Assembly (NCBI GenBank): GCA_964537505.1
Contig: CAZICK010000007.1
Location: 311-64,310, forward strand
DNA from: an uncultured Pirellulales bacterium
GTDB lineage: Bacteria; Planctomycetota; Phycisphaerae; Sedimentisphaerales; SM23-30
Direction of reading: 5' to 3'
Length of the DNA: 64,000 bases
The notes beneath the pieces were generated by a model, which was given only the letters and a program-made list of their open reading frames with translations, had not been told where the DNA came from and searched no databases. Numbering within the stretch: the stretch's first letter is position 1; each line of letters opens with the position of its first letter. Below, in pieces: positions 57,430-64,000 of this stretch. A program made the translations under genes and the position numbers.

Positions 57430-58488
57430 ATGTCAGACCACAATTCACAATATGTCGATTTCGAAGATCACGACCGCTATTCCCGGCAGATGTTTTTCGC
57501 CCCCATTGGCACAAGCGGTCAGCAGAGGTTGGGAGCGGCAAAAGTAACGCTGATCGGCTGTGGCGGACTGGGGGCGTCCTTGGCACAGACAATGGTCCGC
57601 GCCGGAGTGGGCCATCTGCGGATTGTGGACCGCGACTTCCTGGAGTTGAACAACTTACAGCGGCAGGTGCTTTTCGACGAAGACGATGTAAAAGAAAACC
57701 TGCCAAAGGCCGAAGCCGCCGCCCGTAAACTGCGCCGCATAAACCGCAATGTCAAAATTACACCTATCGTTGCCGACGCCAACCACGAAAGCATCGAATC
57801 TCTCATCGAGCGAGCCGATTTGATCCTGGACGGAACCGATAATCTGCAAACCCGATTCCTGATTAACGATGCAGCCGTAAAAAACTCGATCCCCTGGATA
57901 TACGGCGCCTGCATTGGCGCCAATGGTATGGCCATGGTAATTACCGCGGGCGGTAAGCCGTGTTTACGCTGCCTGATCGAAGCGCCGCCGGATGCCGGGC
58001 AATTGGAAACCTGTGAAACAGCCGGAATCATTGCTCCCATCGTGACAATCGTAGCCGGCTTTCAGGCGGCAGAGGCGATCAAATTACTCACCGGAAACCA
58101 CGAAGCGGTCAATCGAAAATTTGTCACCTTCGACTTATGGGAAAACCGCTTCCATCAAATGTCACTGGACGCCCTCACCAAAGGATGCTCCTGCTGTGGG
58201 CAGAATAATTTTGAGTACCTCGCCGGCAGGGGCGGTCTGAACATTGTAAATCTGTGCGGCCGAAACTCCGTTCAGATTCGCCCAGATACTCACGGCAAAA
58301 AAATCGACCTGACCGCGTTGGCCCAAAGACTCAAAGAAACCGGCAAGGTTATCCAAAACGAATTTATACTGCGGCTTAACCTGCCCGACCACCCAATCAC
58401 CATCTTCCCCGACGCCCGGGCCATCATAAAAGGCACTAACAATATCGACGAAGCCCGCAGCCTTTACGACAAATACATCGGCCATTAA
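57430..58488 (+). CDS. ThiF/MoeB/HesA-family E1-like adenylyltransferase
   Basis: 'YSRQMFFAPIGTSGQQRLGAAKVTLIGCGGLGASLAQTMVRAGVGHLRIVDRDFLELNNLQRQ' and CxxC pairs ('CLRC', 'CSCC'). No sulfur-carrier gene is adjacent. Confidence 0.8.
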   Translation: MSDHNSQYVDFEDHDRYSRQMFFAPIGTSGQQRLGAAKVTLIGCGGLGASLAQTMVRAGVGHLRIVDRDFLELNNLQRQVLFDEDDVKENLPKAEAAARKLRRINRNVKITPIVADANHESIESLIERADLILDGTDNLQTRFLINDAAVKNSIPWIYGACIGANGMAMVITAGGKPCLRCLIEAPPDAGQLETCETAGIIAPIVTIVAGFQAAEAIKLLTGNHEAVNRKFVTFDLWENRFHQMSLDALTKGCSCCGQNNFEYLAGRGGLNIVNLCGRNSVQIRPDTHGKKIDLTALAQRLKETGKVIQNEFILRLNLPDHPITIFPDARAIIKGTNNIDEARSLYDKYIGH

Positions 58489-58549
58489 CCCTTCTGTCAC
58501 TTCGCACCTTATTCTTTTCTGGAGTAACCCTGACCGCCCAAATTTTTTT

Positions 58550-58572
58550 TGTCAACTTATTGACAGTTTTTT
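58550..58572 (+). terminator. Weak hairpin plus T-tract after the ThiF-family gene
   Basis: tgtcaa-ctta-ttgaca followed by gtttttt. The stem is AT-rich and only 6 bp. It overlaps the -35 of the tRNA promoter candidate. Confidence 0.3.
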
Positions 58573-58588
58573 CGTAAGTACTTACAAT
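58560..58588 (+). promoter_or_regulatory. Near-consensus sigma70 promoter for tRNA-Asn (TTGACA-N17-TACAAT)
   Basis: ttgaca at 58560-58565 and tacaat at 58583-58588. The tRNA starts 30 nt downstream. Confidence 0.5.
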
Positions 58589-58618
58589 GCACCGTTCGAT
58601 AATACCAGTGAGTCTTGA

Positions 58619-58691
58619 TCCCCGATAGCTCAATTGGTAGAGCGAGCGGCTGTTAACCGCTAGGTTTCTGGTCCGAGTCCAGATCGGGGAG
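58619..58691 (+). tRNA. tRNA-Asn (anticodon GTT)
   Basis: Manual cloverleaf: acceptor tccccga/tcgggga, D arm gctc-aattggta-gagc, anticodon arm agcgg-cTGTTAa-ccgct, variable aggtt, T arm tctgg-tccgagt-ccaga, discriminator g. CCA is not encoded. Confidence 0.85.
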
Positions 58692-59022
58692 TCTTGATAA
58701 AGCCTTGTAAACCAGAAGGTTACGAGGCTTTTTCTTCGCGCCATACCAAGTGCAAAACCCGCTGGAATGTGTTGCAAACTGCTCCAAGAGACCCCATCTT
58801 GACACTAAAACCGCTGCAAGAAATTGGCACATATTTTTCCCAAAGAACTGGCCTTATCTCCACCATCCCATTATCTCAATCACAAAATACAATCCCAGGC
58901 TTTCCCGTGCCTAAAAAAACCTTGATTTGCCAAAGCCCGAAATTCAATCTGAATCGCAACACTTGGGTTTGCTCCAGAAGACCTCTGTCGGGCTTATTTA
59001 TCTATCCTGGCAGCATAAAGCG

Positions 59023-59051
59023 AAAAACTCCAGCCCGCCCACGGCGGGCTG
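59023..59051 (-). terminator. Rho-independent terminator for the 1245-aa gene
   Basis: GC-rich 9-bp stem cagcccgcc/ggcgggctg (59031-59039 / 59043-59051) with a 3-nt loop, followed on the minus strand by gagTTTTT. A second 8-bp hairpin lies at 59060-59078. Confidence 0.65.
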
Positions 59052-59190
59052 CTCTTAACCTGAAGCGTTGCGCTTCAGATTAAAATGCGCCGCATTAGAA
59101 ATTATTCTCTCAGGTCTGCCAGCCAGAATTCGCAGGATTACATTGGTTACGATTCTAATCGCCAGCTATGCTGAAAGTATTTTTGCTACA

Positions 59191-62100
59191 CTAATATTCA
59201 ATCTCCTCCAACCAATATTTGGCTAATTCAGCAAAGTCTAACAGGTTAACGATACCATCTATTGGCTCCGGCGCGATATCAGCCGTCAAAGGTCCTATAG
59301 TCTTCAGCCATTCTGCCAACAATACAGTCATATCATCCATATCCACATCACGGTCTGGCTCAAAGTCAGCAGAGGCAAAAACAAGTACGCTGGCTGTGTT
59401 ATTTAGCAGTGATACTTCGTCTGAGCCATCGGAGTCGGGATTAACAGTCATGTCAACACGGCCACTCCCAACGGTCTGCGAAAGGGAGACTATGACATCC
59501 ACGGAATCTCCAGGATCGAGCGAGCTTACGGTCTCTTCCCCAAGAGTTTGCCCCTCGTATGTGACGCGAGCTACATTAGAGCTGCTTGGCTTGGCACCTG
59601 TATTACGGACTGTTACAGAAGCTGTTGTACCATCGAGTTGCGGACTCCATGGCTCGGCCTGCAGATCGGGCAGAACCGGCACCTGACCAGAGGTGGTATT
59701 GTTATCATCATTCGCTTCATCTACCTGGTCATCGCTATCAGCTATAACCACCAGAGTACAAATGCCTGGTGTTTCACCTGCTACATCCCATGTAAACTGT
59801 GAACTGGTGGATGTGCCGGAATCAAGTGAGCCTATCTGACTTGTGAAAACAACATCACCGGTTTCGCTGTCTTTGCGAACTTCACAGGCAAAGGCTTCAG
59901 AATCTGCATCACCATCGTTTCGAACCGAAAAACCAACCAGTACTGTATCAGACCCCGGATATCCAATAACAGAAAGATTAGTTGCCCGGAGATCCGGCTT
60001 AAATAAGATAACACTGGCTTTGTTGTTAGTGATATCATCCGTTTCTGGAATTGTATCGTCAGGATCGACTACCACATAAATGCTATGAGATTGGCCATCA
60101 TTAGGATCCTGCCAGCTTGCCGATGCCAATGCAACCTGGCCGGGCAGCATAGAACTTATTGTCTGTGAGTCAATAAGTATGCCGGAATCGCCAGGATCAC
60201 CATCATAGAATCTTACCAGCACGTCTTCGACCGTAAAATCACCTGACAGATGAATATCCGCGGATACAACGCAACTGGCACTTCTTGTCACGGGATATGG
60301 GTCAAAGGAGATATCATCCGTCGAGACAGACAAGTCCTTTTCCGGCACATGTTCCAGCAGATAGATGTCTGAGGCCCCTATCACCGGCGGTTCGTTCGGG
60401 TCTGAAAGATCGATACGCCGTTTGACATAGCCGGCCAGAATATTTCCGCCGCTTTCGGTAAGTGATATCATCGTCTCTGCCCCCTGGTCGTGGGTTATCT
60501 GCTGCGGATCGCCCCAGGCTTGTAAGTCGGCATCATATACACTGTAGTAGATATCAGAAAATTCCTCAGATACAGATACCCAGAAAAGAATAAGCTTACC
60601 GGCCTCATTCTTTATCAACTTGGGTTCTGCGATGCCATCGGTTTCAATCGCCAACTCCGGTGAGTCCCAATCGCTGCCATTCCACCGGGCAAACCACAAT
60701 TGGTCAACAGAGGTTTCGGTTTCATCAGGCAATGTTGTCGATACCATCTTCCTGACCCAAACGGCCAGCGGAGTATCGGTAGAATCCGTTGCCATCTGGA
60801 CTGCGGTGTAGGAATTTGGATCGGTAGTAAGTTGCTCATCTGTTCCCCATACCCCGCCAATTTCACGAGCACGGGCCGCAACTTGCCGATCATCTGCCGT
60901 GGCGGAATTATAGTCCGTATCCTCTATGTAGGCCAGGAATTCATGTGTGGCTGTCCGACAAACAGAAGGCGGAGATGTGGTCACCAGGTCGCTGGCCACG
61001 ACATAAGGAGAACCAAACGTCGAACCATTCCAGTCAGCAGCCATCATATCCAATAGCGGGCTGATCTCCTCATCGTGCCAGACAGGAATGGAATTAGTTG
61101 CGCTCGCTATCCAGCAAACCCGCAAATCATCCGTTGGTAGTGTCTCGAACCAGGGTAGCAAATCAGCGTAACTGTTTGCTGTAATGTCCTGAGGAGCTGC
61201 CCACACTTCGCCCACGGTATCATACTTTGAAAAAGTTATCTCAAATCCCGGCAGTACATCGCGAGGACCTGTCTCAAGTCCGTCAGGTTCGGGAGCGCTC
61301 ATCCAGACAGCGATTTCCTTGCCGCTGGTATCTATTGCCGCCACAGGGAAACTGTCAGGATTCAAGTTATCAGTTAAAGGGGCATGTGAAGTCCAATTTG
61401 AACCATTCCATCTTGCATAGTAGATTTCCTGGTGCTTACCCGTGGGTTTGCCCGCATCGTCATAGGTAAACAGCAATAACCCTTCATTACTCGTAGCAGC
61501 CACCGAGGGTGTCGGCATCGTTCCAACATTCAGAATCGGATCAGGAAGACCACCAACGGCTAAGATACCAAGACCACCTTTTGTGTCGGGAAACACGCAA
61601 TATCCCTCAGGAGCATCGAGATACTCACGTTCAACCAGCACAATTTGCTTCTCATCGGAGGGTGTGCCAAGGGCATACATCCCGCCGGTTTCGGGACAGG
61701 TATAAATATTGAATACCCATTCCTCTTCTATTTTCCACCAACCGCATTCAACAACGAATTTCGCTTCAAGGTCAAATGCCACCTGCTTGATATATTCATT
61801 CACACAGCAGTTGCCGGAATCAGGTGGAAACTGAAGGACAATGTATGGTTTGCCCCCGATCGTTCCAGCAATGTAATAAATACTGCCTTCAGAACCGGCA
61901 CCGACCGTTCCAGCTACGGTAACGCCAATGTTCAACTCTGCGTTCTTAAACTTCAAGCCTGCCACGATTGCCGGTTCACCCTCTTCCATACCCACGGTTC
62001 CACTGACCTCGGGTGCTATACTGGCCTGGAAGTAGGGGCAATATCCCGTATGACAGCAGCCCGTCCATTGACATAACAACGGAACTCGCGGGAATAGGAA

Positions 62101-62928
62101 AGTAAAACTGCCTGCAAGTTCGGCTGATACATCAGTCAGCTTAAGTTCTGGATAGAATTCACCATCGCCTGACAGAGTGGCTGATATTTCACCCTTTCTC
62201 TTGCTGCCGCAGGAAGCTTCCGCTCCCCATTTACCACCCAAACCGAACAAGCCCGTCAGTCCGGCGCCATCGCCAAATCTTGGTTGAGCCGACAGTTCCC
62301 ACTCGAAGTTAAGCGGGTTGATCTCTACTCCCCACTTGCCGCCGATTTCAGGGATGCTCTTCGGAATATTTATGGTTCCACCGGCTCCGCCTTTGAGTAC
62401 CTCCACCTCACCGTAGAAAGTTAGTTTTCCCGTAGATTCAATTTTGTAGTTAATAGGCCCTTTCTTGCTCTCCATGGAAATCGCCCATTGGGGCAATTCC
62501 AGGCCCCACAAGCTAAGGCTGTATTGTTGCGAAACGGCACCATCGTCCGCCACGGCATAAGCAATAAGCTCATTCTTGGCTCCACTGCGCGAATACTCCA
62601 AGTCGCAGCCCATGTTATATATTGTCTGCGCACTATTGCCCCCAGTTACCACCTCGGTATCAGCCCCGTTGAGATTGAATACCACCCTGGATGGTGTCTT
62701 GTCATCCCAATCCACCTCTGCGGTAATAGTATTGATAACATCGACACCTTCAGCAAACACACCAATGTAAGTCGATCTCAGCGAAGTTATGCGGAATTCT
62801 TCACCGTCCCGGTTGTCGATGGTAAAGATATTCGATAGCCCAGAGCCGGTTTCCGCACACGCAATTCCGGACATGCCCGCCAGAATCACCCCACACATCA
62901 ATGTTCGTTTAATACCGTTCATCACCAA
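59191..62928 (-). CDS. Large secreted protein: Cys-rich N-terminal region, W-rich propeller-like repeats, three CARDB-like domains, dockerin-like C-terminus
   Basis: Signal peptide 'MCGVILAGMSGIACA'. Repeats of type 'YYARWNGSNWTSHAPLT' and 'WFARWNGSDWDSPELA'. Three CARDB-like modules each ending '...VDPDDTIPETDDITNNKASV', '...DSDDQVDEANDDNNTTSG' and '...NPDSDGSDEVSLLNNTASV'. C-terminal 'DGIVNLLDFAELAKYWL'. Confidence 0.8.
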   Translation of the reverse strand: MVMNGIKRTLMCGVILAGMSGIACAETGSGLSNIFTIDNRDGEEFRITSLRSTYIGVFAEGVDVINTITAEVDWDDKTPSRVVFNLNGADTEVVTGGNSAQTIYNMGCDLEYSRSGAKNELIAYAVADDGAVSQQYSLSLWGLELPQWAISMESKKGPINYKIESTGKLTFYGEVEVLKGGAGGTINIPKSIPEIGGKWGVEINPLNFEWELSAQPRFGDGAGLTGLFGLGGKWGAEASCGSKRKGEISATLSGDGEFYPELKLTDVSAELAGSFTFLFPRVPLLCQWTGCCHTGYCPYFQASIAPEVSGTVGMEEGEPAIVAGLKFKNAELNIGVTVAGTVGAGSEGSIYYIAGTIGGKPYIVLQFPPDSGNCCVNEYIKQVAFDLEAKFVVECGWWKIEEEWVFNIYTCPETGGMYALGTPSDEKQIVLVEREYLDAPEGYCVFPDTKGGLGILAVGGLPDPILNVGTMPTPSVAATSNEGLLLFTYDDAGKPTGKHQEIYYARWNGSNWTSHAPLTDNLNPDSFPVAAIDTSGKEIAVWMSAPEPDGLETGPRDVLPGFEITFSKYDTVGEVWAAPQDITANSYADLLPWFETLPTDDLRVCWIASATNSIPVWHDEEISPLLDMMAADWNGSTFGSPYVVASDLVTTSPPSVCRTATHEFLAYIEDTDYNSATADDRQVAARAREIGGVWGTDEQLTTDPNSYTAVQMATDSTDTPLAVWVRKMVSTTLPDETETSVDQLWFARWNGSDWDSPELAIETDGIAEPKLIKNEAGKLILFWVSVSEEFSDIYYSVYDADLQAWGDPQQITHDQGAETMISLTESGGNILAGYVKRRIDLSDPNEPPVIGASDIYLLEHVPEKDLSVSTDDISFDPYPVTRSASCVVSADIHLSGDFTVEDVLVRFYDGDPGDSGILIDSQTISSMLPGQVALASASWQDPNDGQSHSIYVVVDPDDTIPETDDITNNKASVILFKPDLRATNLSVIGYPGSDTVLVGFSVRNDGDADSEAFACEVRKDSETGDVVFTSQIGSLDSGTSTSSQFTWDVAGETPGICTLVVIADSDDQVDEANDDNNTTSGQVPVLPDLQAEPWSPQLDGTTASVTVRNTGAKPSSSNVARVTYEGQTLGEETVSSLDPGDSVDVIVSLSQTVGSGRVDMTVNPDSDGSDEVSLLNNTASVLVFASADFEPDRDVDMDDMTVLLAEWLKTIGPLTADIAPEPIDGIVNLLDFAELAKYWLEEIEY

Positions 62929-62960
62929 ATCTCCTAATTGGTTAATAGTAGTAAAAAGTT

Positions 62961-63027
62961 AGAAGCGAGAAGTCAGGAGCAAAAAAAGCAGGAAAACCAC
63001 TACTTCTTCTCGCTTCTCGCTTCTCAG
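62961..63027. repeat. Heptamer repeats and an inverted copy at the 3' side of the second four-helix-bundle gene
   Basis: agaagcgagaag (62961-62972) is the reverse complement of cttctcgcttct (63006-63017 and 63013-24). 63003-63027 is a 7-bp-period array, cttcttc/tcgcttc/tcgcttc/tcag, that contains the gene's stop codon. Confidence 0.75.
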
Positions 63028-63395
63028 TTCTTATTCCCTTCCAACTTACTAATAAAACTATTCAACATTTTTTCAACTTCGTTTGCATCAGCCAGCGCAC
63101 CTTCGTATGCCTCACCATCTACATAGCCAAGGTCCAGGGCTATCTCGACCTGGGTTTCCAATTCATATAAGGAACCGCAGGCAATTCTCAGGAATCGCAG
63201 AAAGTCTGAATCCGAACGTCGCCCATAACCTTCAGCAATATTACTCGGAACCGAGACAGCACATCGCCTTATCTGAGAAGTCAGGCCGTAAGTATCTTCT
63301 TTCGGAAAGCTTTTGCTCAGTGCATAAATGTTCTTCACCAGAGCCTTAGACTTCTGCCAAACCAAAAGATCCCGAAATGTCCTAATATTACTCAT
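63024..63395 (-). CDS. Four-helix-bundle protein (23S rRNA-intervening-sequence / Avd family)
   Basis: 123 aa. 'FRDLLVWQKSKALVKNIYALSKSFPKEDTYGLTSQIRRCAVSVPSNIAEGYGRRSDSDFLRFLRIACGSLYELETQVEIALDLGY' is the textbook pattern of this family. Confidence 0.88.
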   Translation of the reverse strand: MSNIRTFRDLLVWQKSKALVKNIYALSKSFPKEDTYGLTSQIRRCAVSVPSNIAEGYGRRSDSDFLRFLRIACGSLYELETQVEIALDLGYVDGEAYEGALADANEVEKMLNSFISKLEGNKN

Positions 63396-63430
63396 CTTCT
63401 CACTTCTTCCTTCTCACTTCTCGCTTCTTC
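63396..63430. repeat. Five tandem heptamers immediately upstream of the second four-helix-bundle gene
   Basis: cttctca/cttcttc/cttctca/cttctcg/cttcttc on the plus strand. On the coding strand this is gaagaag cgagaag tgagaag gaagaag tgagaag, running straight into the ATG. Confidence 0.85.
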
Positions 63431-63440
63431 ATAATCGGAC

Positions 63441-64000
63441 TCAACGACACACCCGGAATCCTATGTAGCCGAACGTGAAGTCCAGGTCGCTGATGTTGCG
63501 GAACGAGACCTCGCAGAAGTCGTCGAAGTGGTTCCAACTGCCGCCGCGGATAACGCGGTAGCCTCCACTGCAATCCGTGTAATAACAACTGCTTGTCCAC
63601 TCCCACACGTTGCCTGCCATGTCATTCATCCCATAGCCGTAAGATGAGTAATGGTTAACCGGACTCGTATAGGGGTAACTTGTCAAGCCAAGCGGGTTGG
63701 CATCGTCATAGTTCGCTTTACTCTGGTTTATCGTGGTTCCGCAGCCATAGATGTAACTTCCATTATAGTCGGCTACCGCCTGCCATTCCCACTCCGTGGG
63801 CAGGCGCCAGCCGTAATAGTTACAGAATGCAGTAGCACCATACCAGCTTACCTCAACCACCGGATGATTGGCCATACTGTAACCATCCCGAGTACGAACA
63901 CTGAAAGTACCGCCGGAATAGGTAATCTGGCTGTATGAGCTTGCCGCGTAGGTGTCAAAATAGGGCTGAGAATGACTGGTGTCACTCATTGCGTACACAG
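63441..64000 (-). CDS. Formylglycine-generating-enzyme (FGE-sulfatase) / C-type-lectin-fold protein, 5'-truncated by the window edge; C-terminus resembles a DGR variable region
   Basis: 'HPVVEVSWYGATAFCNYYGWRLPTEWEWQ', 'MAGNVWEWT' and 'YRVIRGGSW...IGFRV' are the FGE-fold hallmarks. The expected N-terminal part of the domain is missing, so the gene continues beyond 64000. Confidence 0.8.
   Translation of the reverse strand, partial: VYAMSDTSHSQPYFDTYAASSYSQITYSGGTFSVRTRDGYSMANHPVVEVSWYGATAFCNYYGWRLPTEWEWQAVADYNGSYIYGCGTTINQSKANYDDANPLGLTSYPYTSPVNHYSSYGYGMNDMAGNVWEWTSSCYYTDCSGGYRVIRGGSWNHFDDFCEVSFRNISDLDFTFGYIGFRVCR

Noticed and set aside
58694-59083. 129-aa plus-strand ORF after the tRNA, and 58436-58777(-) overlapping the tRNA
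   Set aside because: One overlaps a tRNA gene and the other overlaps the terminator region of the convergent 1245-aa gene. Both have odd composition (Pro/Ser/Arg-rich), with no RBS or motifs.
62929-63023. DGR template repeat (TR) expected downstream of the Avd-like gene
   Set aside because: The 95-nt gap contains only heptamer repeats and an inverted copy. Nothing in it resembles the 63441-63560 region, no A-rich (AAC-rich) near-copy was seen anywhere in the window, and there is no reverse-transcriptase ORF.
1-64000. CRISPR array
   Set aside because: The only tandem repeats have 7-10-bp units with no spacers (1-195, 2246-2329, 2501-2535, 2905-2938, 3102-3144, 63003-63027, 63396-63430). Nothing shows 25-40-bp repeats alternating with unique spacers, and no cas genes are present.

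Overview
All calls were made by eye from the sequence and the ORF track. No searches were run, family assignments rest on recognisable motifs, and start codons are best guesses. The window looks like a chromosomal segment of a PVC-type bacterium, possibly Planctomycetota or Phycisphaerae-like. That is inference only, from the LamG 'HWKLDE' motif, dockerin-like 'DFAxxAxxWL' tails and a fused MFS/spermidine synthase.

Layout:
(1) 1-5.8 kb: a lower-GC Type III restriction-modification operon (mod 419-2500, res 3145-5826). It is infiltrated by 7/9/10-bp-period tandem repeats. A visibly GC-richer four-helix-bundle gene (23S-rRNA-IVS/Avd family, with suffix domain) is wedged between mod and res, bounded by a perfect 21-bp direct repeat, and translationally coupled to res.
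(2) 6-17 kb: mostly housekeeping genes. These are a Wza-like lipoprotein, two tandem URO-D-family genes, a fused MFS/spermidine-synthase protein, a nitroreductase, dnaA (no dnaN next to it), a TPR lipoprotein, a LamG gene remnant and a solitary flagellin with a long leader.
(3) 17.2-57.3 kb: a roughly 40-kb unidirectional Wzx/Wzy-type polysaccharide cluster.
- Export and assembly: Wza, Wzc tyrosine kinase, two Wzy/ligase-like proteins, a WecA-like initiating transferase, Wzx.
- Six glycosyltransferases.
- A complete PAPS module (cysQ-cysC-cysD-cysNC) plus a sulfotransferase.
- An SxtI/J/K-like carbamoyltransferase trio.
- An MBOAT acyltransferase with a partner protein.
- Six class-I SAM methyltransferases and a B12-binding radical SAM enzyme.
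- A GDP-sugar module (GDP-mannose 3,5-epimerase, gmd, fcl).
(4) 57.4-64 kb: a ThiF-family E1, tRNA-Asn, a 1245-aa secreted CARDB/dockerin-like protein, a second four-helix-bundle (Avd-like) gene flanked by heptamer repeats, and a partial FGE/C-type-lectin-fold gene.

The C-terminus of the FGE-fold gene looks like a diversity-generating-retroelement variable region, but no TR or RT is visible in the window.

The most interesting candidates are the repeat-bounded four-helix-bundle cassettes (one inside the R-M operon, one next to the DGR-like target) and the sulfated, carbamoylated, methylated L-sugar polysaccharide locus.
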